A stretch of 61,605 nucleotides of DNA from Candidatus Pacearchaeota archaeon (GTDB lineage Archaea > Nanobdellota > Nanobdellia > Pacearchaeales > GW2011-AR1): assembly GCA_018303785.1 (NCBI GenBank), contig JAGVXM010000001.1, positions 1 through 61,605 of the forward strand, in the 5' to 3' direction. Below are positions 18,886 through 28,365 of the stretch, one piece after another. Position 1 is the first letter of the stretch, and each line of letters begins with the position of its first letter. The position numbers and the translations under genes were made by a program. The notes beneath the pieces are model-generated. The model was not told where the DNA came from. It did no database searches and saw nothing but the letters and a program-made list of their open reading frames with translations.

Positions 18886-19119
18886 CTACGTAGTAATTAC
18901 ACTAGCCTGTTTCAAGCTAAACAATCTTTCTGTTTTGTGAGAAGTTTTTCCTTGTCTCTCTTTTACTAATCTAACTCTTTTCATGAACTCTAATGCTTTA
19001 ATAGTAGTTTCCCATTGGCTTCTGACTTCTCTAGCAATACTCTTAACAGACAACTCTTTCTTTTTATCTAAGATTTTCAAAATGTCTTCAATAACATCTA
19101 AAATGTTTCTCCTAGCCAT
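18886..19119 (-). CDS. Small winged-helix DNA-binding protein (77 aa)
   Basis: The ELSVKSIAREVRSQWETTIKALEFMKRVRLV pattern is wHTH-like. Confidence 0.55.
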   Translation of the reverse strand: MARRNILDVIEDILKILDKKKELSVKSIAREVRSQWETTIKALEFMKRVRLVKERQGKTSHKTERLFSLKQASVITT

Positions 19120-19129
19120 CTGTATAAAA

Positions 19130-19175
19130 ACACAGATAGCCTTAAATATAGGATATTTGTAATTACACAGATAGC
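19130..19175. promoter_or_regulatory. Two 11-nt direct repeats ACACAGATAGC flanking a TATA-like TTAAATATA
   Basis: The copies lie at 19130-19140 and 19165-19175 in the divergent intergenic region next to the wHTH gene. Confidence 0.4.
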
Positions 19176-19177
19176 AA

Positions 19178-19276
19178 ATGAACTCAAAATTAATATTAAT
19201 AATCGCTATAATTATCTCTTTGTTAATTGGCTATTTTGCTGGAGTTTTTAGTGTAAAGCCTATTCTTCTTACTTAA
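19178..19276 (+). CDS. Possible 32-aa TM peptide (MNSKLILIIAIIISLLIGYFAGVFSVKPILLT)
   Basis: It is below the ORF-track cut-off. It may be the detached anchor of ORF 19288, which is in a different frame. Confidence 0.25.
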   Translation: MNSKLILIIAIIISLLIGYFAGVFSVKPILLT

Positions 19277-19287
19277 GCAATCCTATA

Positions 19288-19470
19288 ATGTTTAGCGTTG
19301 ATATAAATGGTGAAAATATTATCAATGTTTATCCTTCGATGTGTAGAGATGAATACATAAAAAGATATGGCTCTAATAAAGATTTTGTATGTGAATTGAA
19401 TAGTGTTCGAGCAAATACAAATCTGGGTAGAATTGCCGAGTTTAATTGCGAATGTAAGACTTATACTTAA
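19288..19470 (+). CDS. Hypothetical Cys-containing small protein (60 aa)
   Basis: The only evidence is the open reading frame. Confidence 0.3.
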   Translation: MFSVDINGENIINVYPSMCRDEYIKRYGSNKDFVCELNSVRANTNLGRIAEFNCECKTYT

Positions 19471-19612
19471 TCATTTCTTTTTCTCTGCTTTCTCAATTTT
19501 TCTTATCAAATAATAGACTTCGCCTAGAGTTAATTCAATTTTTACAGGATCAATTTCATTCATGACTGACTAAAGAAAAAATGTTTTTTAAAATGAAGTC
19601 GTAGCACAAATA

Positions 19613-21070
19613 CTAAAATCGCGGTCTTCTCTTTCTAAAATTGCTTCTCTCACGAGGACGATTTCGCCAATCGCGTGATCCTCCAGAATCTCTATCTCGA
19701 GAATCCCGTCCTCCAAAACTTCTTTTGCGGTCTCCTCCTCGAAATTCGCCAGCTCTTCCTCCAATTCTTCGATCTCTGCCTCCACTTGGTCTGCGATCAT
19801 CTCTAGTTCTTCTTTCCCTACTTCGCCTTTCGTTCATTCCTCTAAACCCGCCTCTACGAATAGGTCTTCGAGCAAATGGCCTTCTTTCAGTTTGGACTAA
19901 TTGTATCTCAGTAAAAGGAGGTACCGGTTCATTCTTTATGTACATATCCTCGATATTCAAAATATTTTGAAAATCCTCATAATCCATGTTAGATATTATA
20001 TTGATAACTTTCCCTTCTTCTTTTGCTCTAGCCGTTCGACCAATACGATGAATATACTCTTTAGACTCGTGAGGAATATCATAATTATACACGTGAGTTA
20101 CTCCTTGAATATCTAAGCCACGTGCAGCAATATCAGTGCAAATTAAAACATTAGTTTCGTTTGAATGAAATTGTTCCATTACTCTACTACGCTTATCTTG
20201 AGAAAATCCGCCGTGCAAAGCCAAAGCATTAACTCCTTGTGACTCCAAATTGCGTGCAAGACGGTCTACATTTCTTCGGGTATTGCAAAAAACCATTACC
20301 AATCTTGATTTTTCATTTTTCAGCAAATGAGTAAGTAAAGAAAATTTAAATTTAGAATTAATATCATAATAAGCTTGCGTCAATTTTTTAGGATCAACAT
20401 AAGGTTCTGCAGATACTTCGACTGGATTGTTCATATAACGTTGCGATAATCGTATAACTTCTTCAGACATCGTCGCTGAAAATAGCAAAGTCTGTCTTTT
20501 TTTAGGACAGTGATTTATAATTTTTTCAACATCCTGACGAAATCCCATGTCCAACATTCTATCTGCTTCATCAAGAACAAGAATTTTTAACTGTGATAAG
20601 TCCATAGTATGTCGAGCAATATGATCCAAAATTCTTCCCGGAGTGCCAATAATAATTTCAGCTCTTTCAAGATTTTCTATTTGGGGTCGAATTGAAACGC
20701 CGCCATACACCGAAAATATTTTTAATGGATTAAATTGGGAGAACTTCTTAACTGACTGGGAAACTTGTTCGGCAAGTTCTCGAGTCGGCGTTAAGATTAA
20801 TGCCTGAAGTCCAAAATCCTTTTGGGTTTCTTTTAATATTACTGAGCTAAATGCGAGGGTCTTACCAGATCCTGTTGATGCCTGTGCAATAACATCTCTT
20901 CCTTGTATCACAAAAGGTATGGATTTCTCCTGAATTTCAGTAGGATGTTCAAATCCTTCATGTTCAATTGCCTTTAGAAGGGGGTGTGGCAGCCCTAACT
21001 CACGAAAAGTGATACTAGGTTTATCAGAATTTTCATCTTGTTCATTGTTAATTGTTTTCGAATGCTTCAT
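19613..21070 (-). CDS. DEAD-box RNA helicase with an RG/RD-rich C-terminal tail
   Basis: Motifs seen are AQASTGSGKT, PTRELA, DEAD, SAT and HRIGRTARA. The last ~85 aa are Arg/Gly/Asp-rich. Confidence 0.9.
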   Translation of the reverse strand: MKHSKTINNEQDENSDKPSITFRELGLPHPLLKAIEHEGFEHPTEIQEKSIPFVIQGRDVIAQASTGSGKTLAFSSVILKETQKDFGLQALILTPTRELAEQVSQSVKKFSQFNPLKIFSVYGGVSIRPQIENLERAEIIIGTPGRILDHIARHTMDLSQLKILVLDEADRMLDMGFRQDVEKIINHCPKKRQTLLFSATMSEEVIRLSQRYMNNPVEVSAEPYVDPKKLTQAYYDINSKFKFSLLTHLLKNEKSRLVMVFCNTRRNVDRLARNLESQGVNALALHGGFSQDKRSRVMEQFHSNETNVLICTDIAARGLDIQGVTHVYNYDIPHESKEYIHRIGRTARAKEEGKVINIISNMDYEDFQNILNIEDMYIKNEPVPPFTEIQLVQTERRPFARRPIRRGGFRGMNERRSRERRTRDDRRPSGGRDRRIGGRAGEFRGGDRKRSFGGRDSRDRDSGGSRDWRNRPRERSNFRKRRPRF

Positions 21071-21203
21071 ATCTAATTAGATAGCGATAAGAAGGAATTA
21101 CCGTTGTCTTATATAAATTACAAAAATTCCTCTTATAAATCTTTGCTTACTCTTTCTAAAGAAAATTTATATAGAGCAGATTCATATTCTATCAAAAGAG
21201 AAG

Positions 21204-22199
21204 ATGAAAGCATATATTCATGAACAGTATCCACGACATTCAGTTGGCAGAATCATGATCCATGATTTTTTAAAAGTGCAAAACGATCTGAAAATAAGCG
21301 AAGTTCTCCAGATATTAAAAAAAGACATGAAAAAATCGAAGCTAATTGACTATGTCTATGTTATCGACTCAGATAATAATTTACTTGGCGTCTTTTCAAT
21401 TAAAGATGTTTTTGATTATCCGGGAACTGTTAGAATAAGCGCGATAACGAGAAAAAACGTAATATCTGTTACGCCAGATACAGAACGAGAAATTGCCGCG
21501 GATATAACGATTAAGCACAATATAAAAGCAATTCCTGTAGTAAAAAAAAGAAAATTACTAGGAGTAGTTTCGTCTGACGAAATTTTATCAATAATCAATC
21601 GTTCTCTCCGAGAAGATGTCCTCCATTTTGCAGGTATTCACAAATCTCATTTAAAATACGAGAACACTCTTGCAATACCATTTTTCCTAAATGTTTTACA
21701 TCGTCTGCCTTGGCTATTAGTTGGTTTAATTGGCATTACAGCATCCTCATTGTTTATTGGCATCTTCAAATCAACACTAGAGAATTATTTGATCTTAGCT
21801 TTTTTCCTCCCTTCCATCGTGTATATGAGTGGAGCTATGGGAGTTCAGCACCAAACTTTATTCATCCGCGACTTAGCAATAATGGGTAAACAGTTAAAAT
21901 TTAAATCTTATTTTCTTCGCCAAATTGGTATAGGTTCAATTTTAGGCCTCATTATAAGCCTCTTAGTTTTTTTAATCATCTTTCTTTTTTGGAGAGAACC
22001 TTATATCGCAATGGTAATATCAATCTCAATGTTTTTCACTATAGTCATCAGCAGCTGTACAGCTTTGATAACAACTATTTTAATGAATAAATTAAAATTA
22101 GATCCTGCTGTAGGCAGCGGACCACTTGGAACAATTATTTCGGATGTAACTTCAATAATAATTTATTTTGTTATTGCTTCGCTACTACTCGGAGTTTAG
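21204..22199 (+). CDS. mgtE: Magnesium transporter MgtE (CBS pair plus TM domain)
   Basis: A CBS pair is followed by a TM domain ending DPAVGSGPLGTIISDVTSIIIYF. Confidence 0.8.
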   Translation: MKAYIHEQYPRHSVGRIMIHDFLKVQNDLKISEVLQILKKDMKKSKLIDYVYVIDSDNNLLGVFSIKDVFDYPGTVRISAITRKNVISVTPDTEREIAADITIKHNIKAIPVVKKRKLLGVVSSDEILSIINRSLREDVLHFAGIHKSHLKYENTLAIPFFLNVLHRLPWLLVGLIGITASSLFIGIFKSTLENYLILAFFLPSIVYMSGAMGVQHQTLFIRDLAIMGKQLKFKSYFLRQIGIGSILGLIISLLVFLIIFLFWREPYIAMVISISMFFTIVISSCTALITTILMNKLKLDPAVGSGPLGTIISDVTSIIIYFVIASLLLGV

Positions 22200-22723
22200 A
22201 TATCCCATAAGTCAATACTGTTGTTAACCAACGTATCAAAAAATGACTCTTTATAAGAAAGCAGCAGATGCGTAAGACTTTTTCTGTCTATTATTAAATG
22301 AAATGTTTTTTCCCTTCCATTTTTTTCCATGCTTATAATTTTTTGCCGCTCTAATTTTTTTACATGCCAACTAATTATTGAGGGAGACAACGATGTAAAT
22401 CGAACTAGTTCATCAGGTGTGCAACTTTGCTGTGTTGTGAATAGAAGAAGTATATGCCGAATGCTCTGCTGTCGAAGAAGATTCAAAATTCTTCGATTTT
22501 CTATGGGAAAGGAAAACGGATAATAGCGCAAAAAATTACCTTCTTTCACTTCTGCGATTATTTTATGCCGTGATAAATAATCCAGATGATATTTCAAAGA
22601 GCTTCCGGGTATGGTACTTTTTCTCTCCAATTCACGAAAATGACAGCCTGCAAAACGATTTACCATATTGTAGACTTCTCTTCGGCGGGAAAATTCTAGA
22701 ATTTTTTCAGAGTTCAAGGTCAT
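22196..22723 (-). CDS. Transcriptional regulator with two winged-helix (ArsR-like) domains
   Basis: The two domains are HFRELERKSTIPGSSLKYHLDYLSRHKII and PDELVRFTSLSPSIISWHVKKLERQKII. Confidence 0.65.
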   Translation of the reverse strand: MTLNSEKILEFSRRREVYNMVNRFAGCHFRELERKSTIPGSSLKYHLDYLSRHKIIAEVKEGNFLRYYPFSFPIENRRILNLLRQQSIRHILLLFTTQQSCTPDELVRFTSLSPSIISWHVKKLERQKIISMEKNGREKTFHLIIDRKSLTHLLLSYKESFFDTLVNNSIDLWDI

Positions 22724-23074
22724 TTAGCCCTCCCTGCTGATTACTCCAGAAAAAAATAAGAGCAGCACTACAAATTCAAACACAATTGAAACTGGTTCAA
22801 CCCAAGTTAATTCAGCAATAAATAATTCAGATGATATCAGAAAGCTTTTTATCGAGAATAAAAAGAATGCAAGGCTTACCAAAAGGAACCGTTTTCTTCC
22901 GTCACGACTATAGGCTGCAAGTGTTATTGTAAACAATGCCAGCGCGATAACTCCATTAACAAAACTTAATGCTTTTTCCAATTCCCAATTCCCAACCATA
23001 TAATCGCCGGCATCTTCCTGCGCCTGAACAAGGGCGATCATAATCAGTATTGCAGTTATTAATAGATATTTCAT
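22724..23074 (-). CDS. Membrane protein (116 aa)
   Basis: It has a signal-like N-terminus and three TM segments. Its stop abuts the regulator start. Confidence 0.55.
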   Translation of the reverse strand: MKYLLITAILIMIALVQAQEDAGDYMVGNWELEKALSFVNGVIALALFTITLAAYSRDGRKRFLLVSLAFFLFSIKSFLISSELFIAELTWVEPVSIVFEFVVLLLFFSGVISREG

Positions 23075-23140
23075 TGAAAAATTAATTTTAAGAGATTTAT
23101 AAATCTACTCGTACAACTGTCAAAAAATGTTATAAAAAAA

Positions 23141-23512
23141 TTAATCGTATTCAGTGCTTATGACCTTAAAATCCTGATCAAGATGGACATCAGCTTCTTT
23201 TCCATTATCAAGAGTTATCTCAATTTCATAGTATCCATCTTCATCTCCAACCTCACTATCAGTAACTTGTCCTTCTCCGATATAAGCTAGTGCCACAGCG
23301 CTTACTTGATCGAGCGCTGAACCTGTTATTGGCTCTTCATACGCATCTTCTACTTCTCCAACTTCGTCATCTTCAAAAGCGTCTTCTTCATCAATAACTT
23401 TCAAAGGATGAGTATTGTTTTGAGCTGGTTGCATAACAAATGCAGCAACCAACAAAGTACCCATTAGCAAAGCGCTAAGCATTAATATGCCTAATAAAAT
23501 ATTTTTTGCCAT
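23141..23512 (-). CDS. PepSY-like secreted/anchored protein with an acidic linker
   Basis: It has an N-terminal TM segment. The C-terminal GEGQVTDSEVGDEDGYYEIEITLDNGKEADVHLDQDFKVI is PepSY-like. Confidence 0.5.
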   Translation of the reverse strand: MAKNILLGILMLSALLMGTLLVAAFVMQPAQNNTHPLKVIDEEDAFEDDEVGEVEDAYEEPITGSALDQVSAVALAYIGEGQVTDSEVGDEDGYYEIEITLDNGKEADVHLDQDFKVISTEYD

Positions 23513-23592
23513 GATAACCTCCTTACAATTATTTTCATATTTTTTATAATTAAACTATCTTTAAAAAGAATATAGAACAATAATCGAATTAT

Positions 23593-23793
23593 TTATCTCC
23601 AGAAACTTATCTCGATATTACCAACGTGATTAACTTCATCAAACAAAATCAAATCAGCAGAATAATATTCAATTTTTTTATTTTCTTTTAATCTTTCTAT
23701 CATCAATATTACCTTTGACATGTCTTCTTCAATAATGCTGCCGATTTTTTTCAATCCGCGAGCTTCAGCATCTTGATGAGTTATGAGTTTCAT
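23593..23793 (-). CDS. Hypothetical small protein (66 aa)
   Basis: The only evidence is the open reading frame. Confidence 0.35.
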   Translation of the reverse strand: MKLITHQDAEARGLKKIGSIIEEDMSKVILMIERLKENKKIEYYSADLILFDEVNHVGNIEISFWR

Positions 23794-23850
23794 GAGACAA
23801 ATAATCAGTTATGTAATTTAAAACTTATCTTTTCTTTTTTTTATGATTAA

Positions 23851-24234
23851 CTACCTTACTTGTGTACTTTTATATCGTCTCTCTTGCTCGATATATGCTT
23901 GCGCAAATGCCATACCTAATGAATCTATAGTTAATCCACGTTGAATAGCATGAAGAACTAATGTTTCATTCATAGTAATTAATTTTAATTCTAATCTGTC
24001 TCGAGGAGTAGTCGCAAATTCTTCCAAACATCCTCGTGGAATAATATATCTGCCTTCTTCTTGTCCCGATTGAATAAAATAAAGCGTGTGGTCTTGAAAA
24101 CTATAAGGTGAATTAGCTATTTTAAGTTCAGGATCTTCGTAAAAAGGCCTTTCAAGATTCCTTTTAGCATTTTCTACATTTAAAAAATCCAATGCTTGCC
24201 GATCACTTCTTCTATCAGATTCAGTCATAGTCAA
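23851..24234 (-). CDS. Hypothetical protein (127 aa)
   Basis: The only evidence is the open reading frame. Confidence 0.45.
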   Translation of the reverse strand: MTMTESDRRSDRQALDFLNVENAKRNLERPFYEDPELKIANSPYSFQDHTLYFIQSGQEEGRYIIPRGCLEEFATTPRDRLELKLITMNETLVLHAIQRGLTIDSLGMAFAQAYIEQERRYKSTQVR

Positions 24235-24285
24235 TCTAATAATGGGTTCTTTAAAAATATAATTATAATCAACTTACGGCAATAT

Positions 24286-24293
24286 TTTTATAA
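24286..24293 (+). promoter_or_regulatory. TATA box (TTTTATAA) 28 nt upstream of ATG 24314
   Basis: The spacing is leaderless. Confidence 0.4.
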
Positions 24294-24313
24294 TTCATTA
24301 TATTAAATAAAAA

Positions 24314-24877
24314 ATGGACGAAATTGCACTCGCACAGTCAACAGAAATTTGTAAATTATGTAAGAATATCGTTATCGGAAAAGGAAATTTAAGTGCTAAA
24401 ATACTATTTGTCGGAGAAGCGCCGGGAAAAAATGAAGATGAACAAGGACTTCCATTCGTAGGCGCAGCAGGAAAAAATCTTGACAAATTGCTTGAAACAG
24501 TTGGCCTATCCCTCGAAGATATCTACATAACGAATATTCTCAAGTGTCGTCCGCCTGAAAACCGTCAACCAACAACCGCAGAAATTCATGCACATACACC
24601 CTGGCTGAAAAAACAAATTAAGGAAATAAAACCAGAAATTATCTGCTCTCTCGGTAATTATGCAACAAAATTTTTTCTAGCTGGAGGAGATCCTGATAAA
24701 ATGAGTGAACAATTAGGCATTACTCATGTCCACGGCAAAGCTCTGAGTATAAATTTTGAAGGCCTTCCAATAAAACTTATTCCGTTACTTCATCCTGCAG
24801 CTATAATCTATAATAGAAATCTAATTGATCTGTGGGAAAAAGATCTGAAATATGTAAAGATAGAAATTGGAAAATAA
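24314..24877 (+). CDS. Family-4 uracil-DNA glycosylase
   Basis: Motifs seen are GEAPGKNEDEQGLPFVGAAGKNL and HPAAIIY. Confidence 0.8.
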   Translation: MDEIALAQSTEICKLCKNIVIGKGNLSAKILFVGEAPGKNEDEQGLPFVGAAGKNLDKLLETVGLSLEDIYITNILKCRPPENRQPTTAEIHAHTPWLKKQIKEIKPEIICSLGNYATKFFLAGGDPDKMSEQLGITHVHGKALSINFEGLPIKLIPLLHPAAIIYNRNLIDLWEKDLKYVKIEIGK

Positions 24878-24920
24878 TAATTAATTCTCCATCTCTCAGT
24901 TACTAAACACTCTTAACTCG

Positions 24921-25109
24921 TCAATTAAATTTTTGATTTTTCCCTGGACGATGGGCATCAACAACAATAGATTTTGCCATGAAAGGTTTTCCTTCTGAAA
25001 CCAGTACAACATCATCGGCAAGATATTTTTCAAAAAAATCCGGATCAGGTTTTAGTTCAGCTTGACAAAGCTGTTCTTCAAGATCTTTAATTTCTTCTTC
25101 AATATTCAT
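24921..25109 (-). pseudogene. Probable truncated SnoaL/DUF4440-like fragment (62 aa)
   Basis: Only the N-terminal half of an ~120-aa fold pattern is present (EEQLCQAELKPDPDFFEKYLADDVVLV). Confidence 0.3.
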
Positions 25110-25156
25110 AAAATTTTCAATCTAAATAGATATTTAAGTTTAATCAAATAAATATC

Positions 25157-25708
25157 TTAAAGAAGCCCATCTCCAATTAACAACTTTTTTTCTTTACGTA
25201 TACGATCAAGAATTCCTTTTTGAATTTCTAAAACATAAACATTGTTTTCCTCTTTTTTCTTCTTTTTTGTTAAAACCTCGATATAGAATACCGGAATATC
25301 TATTTTAACAAATCCCAAATTTTTGAGAATCTTTTCGGCAATAGGGTTTTTTGTCGTACCATATAAAATATCTGCTTTAATTCTCACAGCTTCTTTTATT
25401 TGTAATTGAACCAAATTTTTCCCTAAACCTTTTCCCTGATATTCTCTATCAATAATTAATCCAAACGCAGCCAATTTAATTTTTTTATTTTTCAATGCAA
25501 GATTTCTCCAAAGAAATTTTCCTTGTCCAATTAGCTTCCCATCTTTTTTAATCATAAAAACTTTCTAAGGTCTTATAGTAGAATAATACCTGTTCTTGAT
25601 ATAATAATCAGCAAAATCAGGATATCCTTTTACAAGTAAATTAAACATCTCTTATTTTTCCGTATGGGTTAATTCGCCTGATTTTTTTACAATATATTCT
25701 TCGGACAT
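25157..25708 (-). pseudogene. GNAT acetyltransferase interrupted by two in-frame stop codons
   Basis: This is a single 183-codon frame: MSEEY...THTEK-TAA(25652-25654)-EMFNLLVKGYPDF...-TAG(25565-25567)-KVFMIKKDG.... The GNAT core is IDREYQGKGLGKNLV. Confidence 0.7.
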
Positions 25709-25830
25709 TTAATTAATCAATGAAATTTTGTTTAAAAATTTAAGTATAAATTGATTAACCCCCACTCTATAAAAAATCCCACCCGCCATTCGCCCTGATA
25801 AATAAATTAAATCTCAACAAAATGCATCAG

Positions 25831-25941
25831 TTTAATTTTGTTGTTCAGAGGAATCATCTTTTTGGTTTTCTACTTCTTCCTCTGTCTGTTCCTCTGAAGT
25901 TTCTTCAGAAACTTCTTCGGAGTTTTGGTTTTCTTCTTCCA
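25831..25941 (-). CDS. Possible 36-aa acidic mini-ORF (MEEENQNSEEVSEETSEEQTEEEVENQKDDSSEQQN)
   Basis: It is below the ORF-track cut-off and I saw no clear promoter. Confidence 0.2.
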
Positions 25942-26048
25942 TAATCAAACATATAAATGAAGATATAAAAATGTTTGTTTAGTTGAATAATTTCTAATTA
26001 TTTAGCCTAATAAAGCACCAAAATTCTGTCATTTATCTCTGTCAAAAA

Positions 26049-26077
26049 ACGCCCCCACGATTACTTAATCCTGAGGA
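26049..26077. repeat. att-like copy A of the tRNA-Arg 3' end (ACGCCCCCACGA) followed by the direct repeat ACTTAATCCTGAGGA
   Basis: 26049-26060 matches 28407-28418 at 12/12 positions. 26063-26077 matches 26712-26726 at 14/15. Confidence 0.6.
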
Positions 26078-26140
26078 TTAAATCTCCAACTTTTTCCTAG
26101 AGATATAAAGAAATAGGTGAGTTGTGATAATTATTTTATG

Positions 26141-26392
26141 TTATCTATCATAAATATTCTTGCGATGACCAACTTTCAGGACTTGCAAAGTGTTTTGTTC
26201 GATAGCAAAAATAACTCTGTAATCTCCAATCCTTAATCTAAAATCATTGCTCCCTTTTAATCTTTTGATATCTTTAGAAAAAGGATTTTCAGATAATTCT
26301 TCAACTTTCTTAAAAATTCTTCTAGTTATAGGGGGCTCAAGTTTATTTAAAGAGTCGTATGCTTTTTCGTCCCAAACTATCTTAAAGGACAT
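26141..26392 (-). CDS. relE: RelE/ParE-family toxin
   Basis: It is 83 aa with FRLRIGDYRVIFAIEQNTLQVLKVGHRKNIY. Its start overlaps the antitoxin stop. Confidence 0.8.
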   Translation of the reverse strand: MSFKIVWDEKAYDSLNKLEPPITRRIFKKVEELSENPFSKDIKRLKGSNDFRLRIGDYRVIFAIEQNTLQVLKVGHRKNIYDR

Positions 26393-26610
26393 TATAATCC
26401 AAGCCTTTTCTTAGCTTCCTCTTGAGTTATAAACTTTCCAGACTTTACCCTCTTTCTAGCTTCTTCTATTTCCTGCTTTGTTTTTTCATTTAATTCTAAA
26501 TCGTCTTCTATCATTCTTTCTATAACCTCATTATATGTTTCTCTTTCCATCATTTTCATTTTATCTAAAACTGATTTTACATTATTTGATATTTGTATTG
26601 TTGTCTTCAT
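26392..26610 (-). CDS. Cognate antitoxin (72 aa)
   Basis: It lies upstream of and overlaps relE. The N-terminal domain KTTIQISNNVKSVLDKMKMMERETYNEVIERMI has a paralogue at 58163. Confidence 0.7.
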   Translation of the reverse strand: MKTTIQISNNVKSVLDKMKMMERETYNEVIERMIEDDLELNEKTKQEIEEARKRVKSGKFITQEEAKKRLGL

Positions 26611-26711
26611 CTTATATTGCCTTATAATCTATTATAATAAGTTATATTTAAACTTTTCGCTAGTTGGTCGTAGAACCATAAACCGAAATTTAGGTAAGTG
26701 CCCCTTTAATA

Positions 26712-26742
26712 ACTTAATCCTAAGGAATAACGCCCCCACGAG
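26712..26742. repeat. Direct repeat ACTTAATCCTAAGGA followed by att-like copy B (ACGCCCCCACGAG)
   Basis: 26730-26742 is identical (13/13) to 28407-28419 at the tRNA-Arg 3' end. Confidence 0.65.
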
Positions 26743-26865
26743 ATGTTTAACCTTAAGTTAAGAATCTCACGATACATTTTAAGAATTTGTCGATGCTGAT
26801 AGTTTTTCACAAAATAAGTTTGTTAGAATTTTGGTTTGAGGTTAAACTTTGTCAAAAAGCGTTTA

Positions 26866-26880
26866 GTTACACGCTCCCGC
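26866..26880. repeat. GTTACACGCTCCCGC repeat (R1)
   Basis: Its first 13 nt recur at 28277-28289. ACGCTCCCGC recurs inverted, with one extra C, at 28366-28376. Confidence 0.5.
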
Positions 26881-26907
26881 ATTGTGAGGTTGGTTTAAAA
26901 AGGATTT

Positions 26908-28203
26908 TTATTTTGATTCTGCTCTTAATCTTGCATTATCTACAAATCCAATAGGAGTCCATAATCCTCTTAAGAATGTTGCATCGATTGTATTTCTACC
27001 TTGCTCATCATAATTAACACCCTTTCTAGCAAATTCTTCCAATGCTCTATAAACGGGTCTAGCACAATATCTTAATTCTCCAACCAATTGAGGATTCAAG
27101 TTTCCTTCAGAATCAAAATTATATCTATTTTGTTGTATCAAGCTTTGAACTCCCCTTTTATCAATTGCTACTTCATACATCATATCAGCTTTTCTTTTTA
27201 ATACTGATGGGTCGCTTGGTTCTCCTAGATTTTTATCTCCCAACACAGAAATTCCATATTGGAAAATTCTTTTCTTATATTCTTCTAATTGTTCCGCGTC
27301 TTTTGCTTCTTGATAGATTTCAGCAAATTTGTGTTCTATTCCTAAGGCTTTTTGAGTTTCACGAGATTTCTTTAAATCTTCGAGTAGAACATTTTCATAA
27401 AATTGTGCAACCGACTCCGCTGTTGATACCGTTAAAGCTGAATCCTGTGTTAAAAAATAAGGTAATCCATTTAACCTTGTAATCACAAAATTTAGCGCGT
27501 GACCCATTCCTTCATGTCCATATAATCTAATCAATTCTTTATCTCTAATATGTAATGTTCCCTCTTCTTTTGAAAAACAAATCGCAGGAATACTTACTGC
27601 AAGATTATTTGTTAATGGATGAAAGTAAGACCTATCTTGTGTCGTAGGGACTGCATCAATGTCTCTTATAAACGCTCCTACTTTAGTTAATCCTTGTAAA
27701 AATTTACCTAAAGTTTTATGGTATCTTTGTATATGTGCTCCTGCAAATTCCTCAACCTGTCTTCTTACGCTAGGAATATCTGATGCTAATGGAAGTTCAT
27801 ATCCTTCAATTTCTCTTGAATGAAATAGTCTCTCAACAGCTTCTTGCGTTTTTTCTTTGTTAGATTCTAACCAAGGTCTTAAAGAGCTAATGTCCTCTTT
27901 GGGAATTCCTAATATGTTTACAACAGTATCAAAATCATAAAGTCTTCCGCTTAATCTTTGGTCTAAATAAGCTGCCTCTCCATGTAACCTTCTTTTTAGT
28001 TCTGATTGTATTAATTGTTCTTGAGTTTGAGGATTTGTAGTTTCTGGTATAGCATTGGCAAGATTTTGCATAGATTCAACTAGTCTTTGAGCTTCTCTTG
28101 AAGGAGTTAAATGATACTTATCTGCGAACTTTTGCATTCTATCTAACTTCTTTAATAAGCCCTCAGCTTCTTTCATTGCCCTTTCTGTTTCTTCATTTAA
28201 CAT
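26908..28203 (-). CDS. Hypothetical protein (431 aa) with a HEGMGH metallopeptidase-like string
   Basis: LYGHEGMGHALNF has HExxxH spacing, close to the M32-type HEGGHA string as recalled. There is no other assignment. Confidence 0.6.
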   Translation of the reverse strand: MLNEETERAMKEAEGLLKKLDRMQKFADKYHLTPSREAQRLVESMQNLANAIPETTNPQTQEQLIQSELKRRLHGEAAYLDQRLSGRLYDFDTVVNILGIPKEDISSLRPWLESNKEKTQEAVERLFHSREIEGYELPLASDIPSVRRQVEEFAGAHIQRYHKTLGKFLQGLTKVGAFIRDIDAVPTTQDRSYFHPLTNNLAVSIPAICFSKEEGTLHIRDKELIRLYGHEGMGHALNFVITRLNGLPYFLTQDSALTVSTAESVAQFYENVLLEDLKKSRETQKALGIEHKFAEIYQEAKDAEQLEEYKKRIFQYGISVLGDKNLGEPSDPSVLKRKADMMYEVAIDKRGVQSLIQQNRYNFDSEGNLNPQLVGELRYCARPVYRALEEFARKGVNYDEQGRNTIDATFLRGLWTPIGFVDNARLRAESK

Positions 28204-28276
28204 ATAATTTACTACAAAATTATATTTTTAAACCTTTGTATTATCACTACTATGAAGTTAATAATAATATCTCGTG

Positions 28277-28289
28277 GTTACACGCTCCC
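28277..28289. repeat. GTTACACGCTCCC repeat (R2)
   Basis: It is a direct copy of 26866-26878. The adjacent ATCTCGTGG (28269-28277) is the inverse of CCACGAGAT in att copy B. Confidence 0.5.
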
Positions 28290-28365
28290 CAACCCCATAA
28301 ACCTAAAAAATTACCAAAATCCTCTATAAAAATCTCAATTTATTTTATCGTCAATTAAAAATCAT

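Noticed and set aside
19641-19970. ORFs 19641-19970 (+) and 19588-19800 (-).
   Set aside because: They lie in alternative frames or antisense within the RG-rich tail of the DEAD-box helicase gene and are a low-complexity artefact.
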